Both the position numbers and the translations under genes were made by a program. The notes beneath the pieces are model-generated. The model searched no databases. It saw nothing but the letters and a program-made list of their open reading frames with translations, and had not been told where the DNA came from. From positions 1 to 64,000 of the forward strand of contig JBBSQY010000007.1 of assembly GCA_038243585.1 (NCBI GenBank): 64,000 bases of DNA, written 5' to 3'. The DNA comes from Candidatus Sumerlaeales bacterium (lineage in GTDB: Bacteria > Sumerlaeota > Sumerlaeia > Sumerlaeales > Sumerlaeaceae). This document shows, one piece after another, positions 27,058 through 37,279 of this stretch (its first letter is position 1; the number at the start of each line of letters is the position of its first letter).

Positions 27058-27101
27058 AAAAAATGCCCCCTGTCTCGCCATTAAGCGCAGGGGGCTTTTT
27101 T
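27058..27101. terminator. Bidirectional intrinsic terminator
   Basis: A6-T-GCCCCCTG...CAGGGGGC-T6 after the recombinase stop codon. Confidence 0.7.
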
Positions 27102-27570
27102 GAGGCCGGCCGCGTGTTAAGTATTGGTCAGGGTGCTAGATCCTTGGAGGAGGCACCTGCTGCACAATATTGTTGTTAGGACCAAGATACCACCGCTATC
27201 AGGCACCATCTTTAAGGAGCTAGCTAGCTCAAGCGTATCAGCGCCCAAACAAAAGATTCGGATGTTAAGAACAGCGGCTAATCCAAGCAAGCTGGAAAGT
27301 AAGCACGCCGGAATAAGCTGTTTGAAAGAGCGGCTACAATCTGCCCCTGGTAGCAAATAGCATTCAGGTTCATCGATAACTCATCACAACACTCGCCACG
27401 CAGGGGCGAAAGAGTACACCTAATTTTAATATCAGGTTCAGCATATGCCAACCCGGCTCAATTCCGTTTTCCTGGAAAATGTTAAACAACATAACCCGGC
27501 CTATAGCGTACCTTCGGTTCCGAAAAATATCCTTCGAAACGAACATAACGCAATCCGTTCAGTTCCATTG

Positions 27571-28851
27571 TTAAGCGGCAGTTTCAGGTTCAGTCAGTAA
27601 TAGACTCAATCCTTCAATTTCTTGAAGTGACTGTCCGGCAATCCCTTGCAAATCGCCATATAGCCCAGCGGTGCAATCAATTACGGTTCGAATCTGTTGC
27701 TCACGCTTCGCCCACATGCGGGTCGTGGTGCGTCGCTCCTTTTCCAAATCATCACTCATTTCGGAAAATTTTTCCACTATTGCCTGTACTTTTTGCCGGA
27801 ACTGCGGTCCTGTAAGATACCCGTAAATCCGCTCCATTTTTCCGTGTTGTCCTTCCATAGCAGCACGGACCAGGTTAGTTTCAAGTATGGAGAACCGCAA
27901 TGCAATAGCGACCGGAACCGCACATTGAAACGTGGTAATCCAAACTCCATCGATAAGATCAAAATTTCCAACATGCTTCGGCACAGCCTGTGAAGCGACG
28001 ATAGCTATATCTGCTTTTGCGTTTCGCTGGTCATGACGTAATTTCGCCAACCAGGCGTCGCTCCAATTTTTCGTTCGCTTGCATTCCCACAGAATAGTGC
28101 CAGCAGTTTTTCCGGTTTGTCCCATCACCTGGTGAATTATATCACCGCCAGCCTCTCCTTTCGCTACTGGTAGGAATCTGTCCATCGGAAATGCTGCGCG
28201 CAAAGATGCTTCCAGGTCCAGTTCTTGTACTTCTCCCTGCAACTGCTGAGAGCCCTGCTCTGCCTTTCGTTTCAGTTCTTCAATCTTACGTTGCATACTA
28301 GTAATTAGCACTTCTTTCTCAAGCACTTTCAACCCCAGCGAATCCTCCGCTTCTCTGCGGCCCTGTTCCCGCACAGCATTAAGTGATTCCTGGATGCGCT
28401 TTTCAATAGTTAGCGCCATTTCCCGTTTTGCATCATCCAGCTCTCTCGATTTCCGCATCAGTTCCACCTGGGCCTGTTGTGCTTCCACCAGCTTTACGTC
28501 TTGCTGCTCAAGAATCTTGTTTAGCTCATTTAATTTTTGTTCCTTAGCTTCAAAGTTTGCAGCTACTGCCAGACGTGCTTTCTTTGACTCTTCCGCTGCA
28601 ATTTTTCCTCTTTCAGCAGCCATTCGCAGGGTGACTTGCTCGTCAACGGACGCCTTCGCTTTCACCAATTCGAGTTTCTGTTTTTGCAGCTCTGCCTGCT
28701 GCTTGTTCACTTCGATATCTTTGGCGGCGATTGCGGTTTCGTACTGCTTTCGGGTTTGCTCGAGCAGGGGCGCGGCAAGTGATTCCGTCAACCGGATATC
28801 GGCCTTACAAGATGGGCAAAAAACAACTAGTTCGTTCATTAGACTCTCCAA
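27571..28851 (-). CDS. DUF2130-family protein (Zn ribbon, coiled coil, RmuC-like nuclease domain)
   Basis: CPSC N-terminus, long coiled coil, GSQQLQGEVQELDLE, ILWECKRTKNWS. Confidence 0.8.
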   Translation of the reverse strand: MESLMNELVVFCPSCKADIRLTESLAAPLLEQTRKQYETAIAAKDIEVNKQQAELQKQKLELVKAKASVDEQVTLRMAAERGKIAAEESKKARLAVAANFEAKEQKLNELNKILEQQDVKLVEAQQAQVELMRKSRELDDAKREMALTIEKRIQESLNAVREQGRREAEDSLGLKVLEKEVLITSMQRKIEELKRKAEQGSQQLQGEVQELDLEASLRAAFPMDRFLPVAKGEAGGDIIHQVMGQTGKTAGTILWECKRTKNWSDAWLAKLRHDQRNAKADIAIVASQAVPKHVGNFDLIDGVWITTFQCAVPVAIALRFSILETNLVRAAMEGQHGKMERIYGYLTGPQFRQKVQAIVEKFSEMSDDLEKERRTTTRMWAKREQQIRTVIDCTAGLYGDLQGIAGQSLQEIEGLSLLLTEPETAA

Positions 28852-28989
28852 GATTATTATTTATTGTTGTCCGCTCTTCTGTCAACCGCGCACCATTACG
28901 CCGTTTCATGCGCCGATCCAAAAGATTGATTTTTACTCATTGGTTGATGTTGTCACTTTTCTAGAAAGCCCGGGACAAAGCTCGGGCTA

Positions 28990-29688
28990 TCAATATCCGA
29001 CCCTGCGGACAACCTCTCCACTAAGGCTTAGGACTTTGGCTTTCGTCAGGTAAAACCAATCTGATTCGGAAAGAACTGCATCGATGGATTCAACAACCTC
29101 GGAAAAACGACTCGGGATTAGATGAATATCCTCTTCCAGATCTGCCAGGAGAAGTTCCGCAGCGGCATGCAAAACAGCAAGACGTGCGTCATTGTAGTTC
29201 TGAGGTAGGCGTGACTGTAGTGCCGTAAGTACAAAGTCAGAAGCAATCACTCGAATCTGGTGCGGTTGCAGTAGAAGTGAGCGATTTTTTGCCTCGAATA
29301 CTTCATCTGATTCAACATCCCGGAGCCAGATGCTTTCGCAACCTAGCCCAAGATTCTCTAGTTTTCCGTGGTCGGCCACTATCGCGAGCATCCTTGTCTC
29401 GATGCCGTTTTCCACACTTACCGGAGACCGCCAGACCTTAAGTGCAACCTCATCCACTAGTGCCACAATCGGCAGCATCGAATAATGGTACTGGCAGTTA
29501 ATCGTTTTAGCTTTTTCCGGTTTTCGCCTGGACTTTTCCGGTAGCACGCTCATCATCTCTAGCACGTAAACTCGTTGAGAGCTTGATTCGCTATCGGACA
29601 GCAGCTGTTCAAATTGCCATTTCAGATATTTCTTCTCACCTCGCGGAACGTCTTCATTAGGGTTTTGATCGTCTCCTTTGCTTATCAT
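28990..29688 (-). CDS. Hypothetical protein (232 aa)
   Basis: Start overlaps the stop of the upstream ORF; part of the leftward operon. Confidence 0.55.
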   Translation of the reverse strand: MISKGDDQNPNEDVPRGEKKYLKWQFEQLLSDSESSSQRVYVLEMMSVLPEKSRRKPEKAKTINCQYHYSMLPIVALVDEVALKVWRSPVSVENGIETRMLAIVADHGKLENLGLGCESIWLRDVESDEVFEAKNRSLLLQPHQIRVIASDFVLTALQSRLPQNYNDARLAVLHAAAELLLADLEEDIHLIPSRFSEVVESIDAVLSESDWFYLTKAKVLSLSGEVVRRVGY

Positions 29689-29933
29689 TATAGGTTCCTC
29701 GTCCGCGTGTCGAAATGCGCTGCCACCTTTGCGGCCGGAATCTGTTTTTTAGTCTGCTGGGTTTTCGAAATACCACATTCTGAAAGATGCTGTAGATCAG
29801 CAGGAGGCTCGCCGGCAGATAAGATGTCGCCCAAATAGGTAACACCTGTACTAATGTACAAAGAGCCGGAATAGCCGTTCGACGAGAAGACAACGCAACG
29901 CGCGATAGGCGCTGAGTCACGGCGCCTTATCAT
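29688..29933 (-). CDS. Small hypothetical protein (81 aa)
   Basis: Start and stop overlap both neighbours (ATGA and TAATG). Confidence 0.45.
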   Translation of the reverse strand: MIRRRDSAPIARCVVFSSNGYSGSLYISTGVTYLGDILSAGEPPADLQHLSECGISKTQQTKKQIPAAKVAAHFDTRTRNL

Positions 29934-30841
29934 TTACCACCGACCGCAGTCAGCAAATCCGCAACGTAGGGGACCAGCGCGTCCAGACCGTTTGGAGCAA
30001 CTTCGTTTAAATTGACTTTTCTAATAACGGATCGGATGATTTCCTCATCTGAAGCCGGTATTGGTCTAGCCACATTAGCGAAATCAAGCTCGTCCCAGAT
30101 CTTTTCGACCGCGCGGTTTTCAATATAATTATCCACATCTGCCACAGCTTCGCGGTTGGATTCCATTAAAACCCAGTCAGAAAAAGTGTTGGGGGGAAAT
30201 GGTTTGATTACGGCGGCAGATACCCATACGCTGCCGTCTTCGCCAGAATAGATTTCCTCAAAGGCTGCTCTGACTTTGATAACCTTCTCTCGTAAACCGT
30301 CCTGCTCCCACCACCCCATCCTGCCTTCGACCAGCAGTTCCATTTTCCCTTGAAAGGGCCCTCGCCGAAATTTACGACGAGTTACAGAGGCTATTGTGGA
30401 GCCGTTAGCTTCCAACACATACCCGTCTACCCGTTCCATTACAGCGATCCAGTACCTGGCGACCTCTGGCTTTGGTTCATACTGCGCAGCAATGTTCCAC
30501 GGGCGAGCCTTGCAGCTAACCCATTTAAAGGCACTACGAGGATCCATCACCAAGTGAATGATCTGCGCCTGCCTGCTTACCAGCGCTACCCAAGTGCTTC
30601 TCGGCGGGTTATTGATCCGCTTTTCGCCGTGCGATACGCTGCACCCCAACTTTACGTATACTGCCCGTTTTTCAACTGGCGTAGACAGCCACTTTTCCAA
30701 ATTTTCGAGCTGGCGAGCAGTGGTCAGGTGTTCAATCCCGGATATGCCGCGGTACTTCATAGGCAGGTATTCCAGACGGCGAGGACCCCGTGGCTTTTTT
30801 TCGGTTACTTGTTCTGCTTTGTTCTGCGAAATGATTTCCAT
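29930..30841 (-). CDS. Hypothetical protein (303 aa), first gene of the leftward operon
   Basis: AAGGAGA RBS upstream; divergent from the XRE gene. Confidence 0.65.
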   Translation of the reverse strand: MEIISQNKAEQVTEKKPRGPRRLEYLPMKYRGISGIEHLTTARQLENLEKWLSTPVEKRAVYVKLGCSVSHGEKRINNPPRSTWVALVSRQAQIIHLVMDPRSAFKWVSCKARPWNIAAQYEPKPEVARYWIAVMERVDGYVLEANGSTIASVTRRKFRRGPFQGKMELLVEGRMGWWEQDGLREKVIKVRAAFEEIYSGEDGSVWVSAAVIKPFPPNTFSDWVLMESNREAVADVDNYIENRAVEKIWDELDFANVARPIPASDEEIIRSVIRKVNLNEVAPNGLDALVPYVADLLTAVGGK

Positions 30842-30844
30842 TGT

Positions 30845-30922
30845 GTTCTCCTTAAGGAACGATATGTGTGTATAAGTTCCTTTAAAGGAACACTATTCAC
30901 GAGATTGTTCCGCTAAAGGAAC
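30845..30922. promoter_or_regulatory. Three 16-bp operators GTTC-N8-GAAC with a 31-bp period
   Basis: GTTCTCCTTAAGGAAC at 30845-30860, GTTCCTTTAAAGGAAC at 30876-30891 (perfect palindrome), GTTCCGCTAAAGGAAC at 30907-30922. Confidence 0.75.
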
Positions 30923-30982
30923 AATAACTTAAAAATAAATGCATTACCCATGATTCTCTAATCGAGCGCCGTGTTGTTGGAA

Positions 30983-31342
30983 ATGATAATGAAACCAGAA
31001 AAGCGTTCCAATAGCCCAACTTATCTTCTGCCTCAATCTATCGGACAGGTGATTAATACAGCACGCCACGCAAAGGGCTGGAGTCTTCGGCAGTTGGCAG
31101 AAGCAGCGGGCGTCGGGCCTACTACGATTCACCGCCTGGAAGGCGGTGACGTACGTATACAGTACGATATCATACTTCGGATATGTGATGCGCTTGCTTT
31201 GCGCGGCGCCGAAGGTGAACAGCTGGCTGTTGATCCACCACCGGTGCTGGATCAGGAGCTTGAGATTATTGAAGCTCTTCGGTCTGGTAGGATTCCCGAG
31301 GCACTTGAAAAAGTTGCCGGCTATCTCCGGCAAAAGAAGTAG
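30983..31342 (+). CDS. XRE/Cro-CI family HTH transcriptional repressor
   Basis: ARHAKGWSLRQLAEAAGVGPTTIHRLEGG HTH_3 pattern; start could be 30971, 30983 or 30989. Confidence 0.85.
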   Translation: MIMKPEKRSNSPTYLLPQSIGQVINTARHAKGWSLRQLAEAAGVGPTTIHRLEGGDVRIQYDIILRICDALALRGAEGEQLAVDPPPVLDQELEIIEALRSGRIPEALEKVAGYLRQKK

Positions 31343-32272
31343 GCTGAATTTAGCAGCTTTCTGTCTGGCGGCCTGTTTCATCTTTGCTTCCGGTCTCTCA
31401 GAATCTCCCAGATGGGCGCGCATAGGAATCTTCCATAATCTGCAGTGGTTAGGTAAAGAGATTGGAAGAAGTTCTTGGACGATTAAACAATTACGAATAT
31501 CGCAATTTATTAAAAGCAGCTCTGTGCCAAACTTAGATTGCCCGCCGTCGAACATGACACACAATTTTTTCTGATGGAACGCACGGAAATGGCGAGAATT
31601 TTCACCCACAGCTTATCAGCCCATCGAAGGCCCCCGCTTTTACATTGCTGCGTGTTCTGACATCCGTTCATGACCTTTATACTTTGTGCAGCAGAACACA
31701 CAACGCATCATCGGTGCCAGCTACCTTATTACTGTCATCCTCTTCTGATAGAATCGCAAACCACACCACTGTCCGCCGTTCGCACAAATCGGTTGTGCTA
31801 CATTGCCAGTTGGTGAGTCTAGCAAATGTCTCCCGGATTTTGCCGCTCTCCACGCCAACTTTGGGGATATTATCATCTGTCGGTTTGACAGTATAAGATA
31901 GCTTCAGCCATCCAGATTTTTTCGGTCTGCTATCGCTTGTGAGTTTTGTTTTTTCATATTGCAGACAACAACTCCGCCAGCACTTTCGTTGCCGTTACCT
32001 GTCTGTCCCCGAAGCTTTCCTACACGGTTTTGGCCCTGTCAAAACTCGCGCCCCCGATAGAACAGGCGGCGTCCCATTTCCAAGATTCGATAGATTTAGC
32101 GGTGGTTGATGCTGGCGGGATTGGCTTGTCTCACATCTTAAGGCAGATACCGACCACGCACCTTTTTGTCACCATGACGGGACACGCTGACAATAGGAAA
32201 CGCTGTGTTCAACCCTTTTATGAGAGAAAGAAAAAACGAGCGGCGGACTGAGAGAGGCCGCCGCCCGTATGG

Positions 32273-33682
32273 TTAGAATACAGTAAACATTCTTACAAGT
32301 GGCATTACAAGGGCCGTCTCTTCAGGCGAGCTTTTGATCACCTGTTCAATGGCATGAAGCAATTCATGGAACTCCGCAAGGTGCTTTTTCCCATAAGACG
32401 ACAAGCACTTCTTCGGCAGATCAAATAGTTCCTGAACGGTCGCTGGCAACGCGGGTGGCGTCGATTCATCGTCTTTTGGCTTTTCCAGTTGTTTACGAGA
32501 TTTGTTCACAAGTTTACTCGCGACCTCTTCGTTCACCACTTTGCCATTGTCCAACAGAGCACAAATTTTATCGACAAGTTTATCGGCGTTCTTCTTTTTG
32601 TAGCCGCCGATCAGCAACATTGCCTTCTTCTTGCAGTTTTTAACGTCGATCTCTTGTAAAAGTAAGCCGCGCTTACTTTTCATCCTCTGCTCAAAAACAC
32701 CGTAGCGGAAGCAGCGACTTAGAAATGCTTTGCCCCACTGGTCCTCGGGAAAGTTCTCCTCCTTCCAGACAAAATATAATCTAGGGCTTTTCAAATCCTG
32801 TTTCTTTTTAAGAAGCAGTCTTCCAAGCTGGATCTCATAGCAGAACTGATCTGAAAGGTTGCGTCGCCCACGTTTCAGACAGCTTCTTTCACTCATGACT
32901 CCGCCGTTGAATGCCTTCAAAAGAGCCGGTATTTCCATTTCATCGATATCATCAGAACTATTATAATTGGTAGCATCGGGCGCATCAACATCTCCTTCGT
33001 CGGATGAATGCGGTTCTTCTGTTATAATGGTGCTCTCTAAGTCCTGTTGGGAATCGTAAATACCGAAGACGATGGCGGTATCCGACACCAAGTCTGATTC
33101 TCCGGATGTCGCCGGCAGACTTTCGTCATTGTTATTATCAGGGGTCTTATTATGAATCGCAACATCATTGGCGGTTGGTTCGGGGGGGAGAGTAGCTTGC
33201 TCAGTTCCAACCGCCTTTAAAGCCACATGCGGATTGTCAGCAAACGCCTTACAGGCCTTCTTGACGACTTCCATTAGTTTAAACGGGCCGCTCTTAAAGT
33301 CATTTTCCATGTAATTTTCCAACTCGGTGTAAATTGTTAGTGGAAGAATACCGTTAATGACCAGGGCGCCAGTCATTACCAGATGAATGCCTTTTGACAG
33401 GGAGTTGAGCACCAGCCAGTTGATCAAGGCGTAACCAGAGACGATATTTCCTTCAATGGTTGAGGAAACAACGCCGTCCTTATTACGGACAACAAAATCT
33501 TTTGGGAGCTTCATGCCCACCGGGTTTTCCCAACCGGCCAGAGATTCGTAGAAACCTAAACCATTCAGGTACGCAATTGAAGTCTCTGCTTCAATTTTCG
33601 CCAAGACTACTTCGCGCCCCTGGGTCTGGTTGGCGGCTTTCTTTTTACGAGGCTCCGTTACTTTTCTTGATGTTTCGTTCAT
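32273..33682 (-). CDS. Hypothetical protein (469 aa) with acidic linker and DUF3102-like segment
   Basis: AAGGAG RBS; EIQLGRLLLKKK...WKEENF...FLSRCFRY resembles the DUF3102 pattern. Confidence 0.55.
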   Translation of the reverse strand: MNETSRKVTEPRKKKAANQTQGREVVLAKIEAETSIAYLNGLGFYESLAGWENPVGMKLPKDFVVRNKDGVVSSTIEGNIVSGYALINWLVLNSLSKGIHLVMTGALVINGILPLTIYTELENYMENDFKSGPFKLMEVVKKACKAFADNPHVALKAVGTEQATLPPEPTANDVAIHNKTPDNNNDESLPATSGESDLVSDTAIVFGIYDSQQDLESTIITEEPHSSDEGDVDAPDATNYNSSDDIDEMEIPALLKAFNGGVMSERSCLKRGRRNLSDQFCYEIQLGRLLLKKKQDLKSPRLYFVWKEENFPEDQWGKAFLSRCFRYGVFEQRMKSKRGLLLQEIDVKNCKKKAMLLIGGYKKKNADKLVDKICALLDNGKVVNEEVASKLVNKSRKQLEKPKDDESTPPALPATVQELFDLPKKCLSSYGKKHLAEFHELLHAIEQVIKSSPEETALVMPLVRMFTVF

Positions 33683-33986
33683 TTAAATGAGCTCCTTTGA
33701 GTTATATGAGAGCTCATTGTACCCCACCTGATTTTTGGGGTCACAACTTGGTCTCGGCATAACTTAGGGTAGTCATTTTCAAATTTCAAAAGACCGTACC
33801 CCTTGGTTGCCATCCGTTAGAATCCCGTCACGTGCATCAATGCCTAAACGGCCCTTCCCTTGTCCCAAGCTCTGCTCGGCACCGTGCTCGTTTAGAAATC
33901 GTAAGGTGCTACCCTAGCATGTTCCAATAAGCAGATACTGCCGGCTAGACAGGCGTTGATGCGGAAGTAGCCGAGGGTGGCGACAG

Positions 33987-34451
33987 ATGGAGTCAGACAA
34001 AGTTCGGGAAGGAACCGGGGAATTTGAAGATGCCTTTATGCCTCTTCACTATCCCCAAGTACGTGCTGCAACCGGTCTCAGTGCAAAAAAACTATTGCAA
34101 CTGATCAAGACTGGAAGCTCTCCGTTTCCTCCTGATGTCCTGCTCTGCTACCCCGATGGCACTCTCCGTTTTAACCCCGCGCGCTGGCTAAGACACCTGG
34201 AGGCCTTACCATGGGCAGGCATGCAAGCGGACCAAAAATCGTTAGTAGAGGAAAAGAGCCAGTCCTGTACGCCGTCTTTGCAGACGGCAGCGGGAAGAAA
34301 GCCTTCGTCAGGATCAAGGATGAAAACGGAAGGCCCATCAGTCCAGGAGCGCCGCAGCACGAAATTGCAACAAACGCGTGGCGAATCTTCAACGACCGGC
34401 GCCGAGAGGTTACGGATATTACTGAAGATAACAAAACCATCGGAGAACTAA
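33987..34451 (+). CDS. AlpA/excisionase-like HTH protein overlapping the integrase
   Basis: QVRAATGLSAKKLLQLIKTGSSPFP...GTLRFNPARWLRHLE is an AlpA/HTH_17-like pattern; lies directly upstream of the integrases. Confidence 0.55.
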   Translation: MESDKVREGTGEFEDAFMPLHYPQVRAATGLSAKKLLQLIKTGSSPFPPDVLLCYPDGTLRFNPARWLRHLEALPWAGMQADQKSLVEEKSQSCTPSLQTAAGRKPSSGSRMKTEGPSVQERRSTKLQQTRGESSTTGAERLRILLKITKPSEN

Positions 34452-35398
34452 CCCTCCGCTACGTAGAGAGGCGCAGCAAAGGCTGGTCTGATGGTACTAT
34501 GAAACGATACGTTTCATACCTGGAACAAGTTGACTTGCACCTGGATCCTGCTCTCAGAATTGACGAATTTACAGTGGAAGAAGCGGAGGACTTATTAGTC
34601 AACGTTGCAGGTTCAACTGGCTGGGCGTCTGGCACCGCTGAGAGGTTCTATTGGTTCTGCAGAGGTGTTTTTAATTACGCCCGGGATCTCGGTTGGATAC
34701 TTGGGAACCCGTTTGCTCTTATACCACCACCCCAAGTTGTGCCACTACGAACGGCAGCCCCGTTCTCCGAAGATGAGGTAAAGAAACTTCTCGCCGTGGC
34801 CTATACGCAGTTCCGGTGGTTTTATCCTGCAATCGCAGTCGCTGTGGCGGCGGGTGCACGGCGGTCAGAGATCTGCGCTCTTCGTGTTGGAAATTATGAT
34901 CCGATACCGGGGATTTTACACTTCCCCGGCGAAATTACAAAAACCCGTGAGGCAAACGACGTGGGTCTTCCGCAGTTCGTCAAGGCTGCACTGGATGATT
35001 GCGTGAAAGGGCGGTCTCCGCAAGAACAGCTATTCGTTAAGCCGTCTGGAAAGCCGCTTCGCTCCAAGGATTTTGACCTGACGTGTAAGGAAGGCCGCGA
35101 TTCACCACGGGTCTGGCGTAAACTCCTGATAGCGGCTGGTCTGGAGTTGCGCGGTGTCCATAAACTCCGCACAGCCTTTGTCACAAATCTCGTCAACCAT
35201 GGCAGGTTTACGATCGAAGAGGTAACTGCAGTTACCGGCCAGTCGGTCGAAGTGGCGAAACAGCACTATCTAAAACAACGGATCAACCGGCAGGCACCTA
35301 TTGTCGAACATCTGGAGAAAGTCTATGGGCAGCAGACGGGGCGAATCACTAAACGAGCCAGCCAATGTTTCATAGGGCACGCCTTCGAAGAGCTGTAG
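34211..35398 (+). CDS. Tyrosine recombinase/integrase (copy 1 of tandem pair)
   Basis: GARRSEI (R), TKT (K), HKLR, VTGQS, HY catalytic pattern; SAM-like core ending in NPF. Confidence 0.85.
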   Translation: MGRHASGPKIVSRGKEPVLYAVFADGSGKKAFVRIKDENGRPISPGAPQHEIATNAWRIFNDRRREVTDITEDNKTIGELTLRYVERRSKGWSDGTMKRYVSYLEQVDLHLDPALRIDEFTVEEAEDLLVNVAGSTGWASGTAERFYWFCRGVFNYARDLGWILGNPFALIPPPQVVPLRTAAPFSEDEVKKLLAVAYTQFRWFYPAIAVAVAAGARRSEICALRVGNYDPIPGILHFPGEITKTREANDVGLPQFVKAALDDCVKGRSPQEQLFVKPSGKPLRSKDFDLTCKEGRDSPRVWRKLLIAAGLELRGVHKLRTAFVTNLVNHGRFTIEEVTAVTGQSVEVAKQHYLKQRINRQAPIVEHLEKVYGQQTGRITKRASQCFIGHAFEEL

Positions 35399-35519
35399 AC
35401 TTTGCTGCAGTCGTTGCTGGAACCGTATCATCATTAGTATTTCATTTCTGAATTAACCCTGAATCACTGCTTGAGGCCACTGTCGGGTTTTGGTGAAATT
35501 GATCCGATCGAGGTGTTCC

Positions 35520-36916
<1,397 letters not shown>

Positions 36917-36974
36917 ATACGAACGGCACTACGATTACTGGATGACGCACCTGCTATTCATCATCCTGGGCGAC

Positions 36975-37223
36975 CTAGGCTATAGCGGTATTGGCCAAAG
37001 AGATGTCAATAATGTCTCCGTCTGCCAAAAACGCATCAGCGGTAATGGCCTGGCCTCCGCGGCACAATTGAAAGCTGCTAAGCTGGCCAAGAGACTCAGG
37101 GTGGGCGGCGCCCAGCCGCGAAAGCAAACTGGCGACTGTCGCGGATTCGTCCAGGTTCAAAAGCTCAACCTGTTTGCCGGTAAAGCTCTGCACGATATCA
37201 TGGTAAACGAGTCTAATCTGCAT
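36975..37223 (-). CDS. MoaD/ThiS-like ubiquitin-fold protein lacking the C-terminal GG
   Basis: ATVASLLSRL...LADGDIIDI pattern; GGAGG RBS. Confidence 0.65.
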   Translation of the reverse strand: MQIRLVYHDIVQSFTGKQVELLNLDESATVASLLSRLGAAHPESLGQLSSFQLCRGGQAITADAFLADGDIIDISLANTAIA

Positions 37224-37279
37224 GGTATCCTCCTGCGCATCTAAAGGTATTAGGTCACTGCGTCGGTGCTGATTAACGT

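Noticed and set aside
28394..29053. 219-aa plus-strand Ser/Cys/Phe-rich ORF
   Set aside because: Antisense shadow of the DUF2130 coiled coil
30944..31609. 221-aa minus-strand ORF
   Set aside because: Antisense to the clear XRE gene and has no recognisable motif
35396..35440. Possible premature TAG shortening integrase copy 1
   Set aside because: Similarity of the downstream 12 codons to the tail of copy 2 is too weak to support
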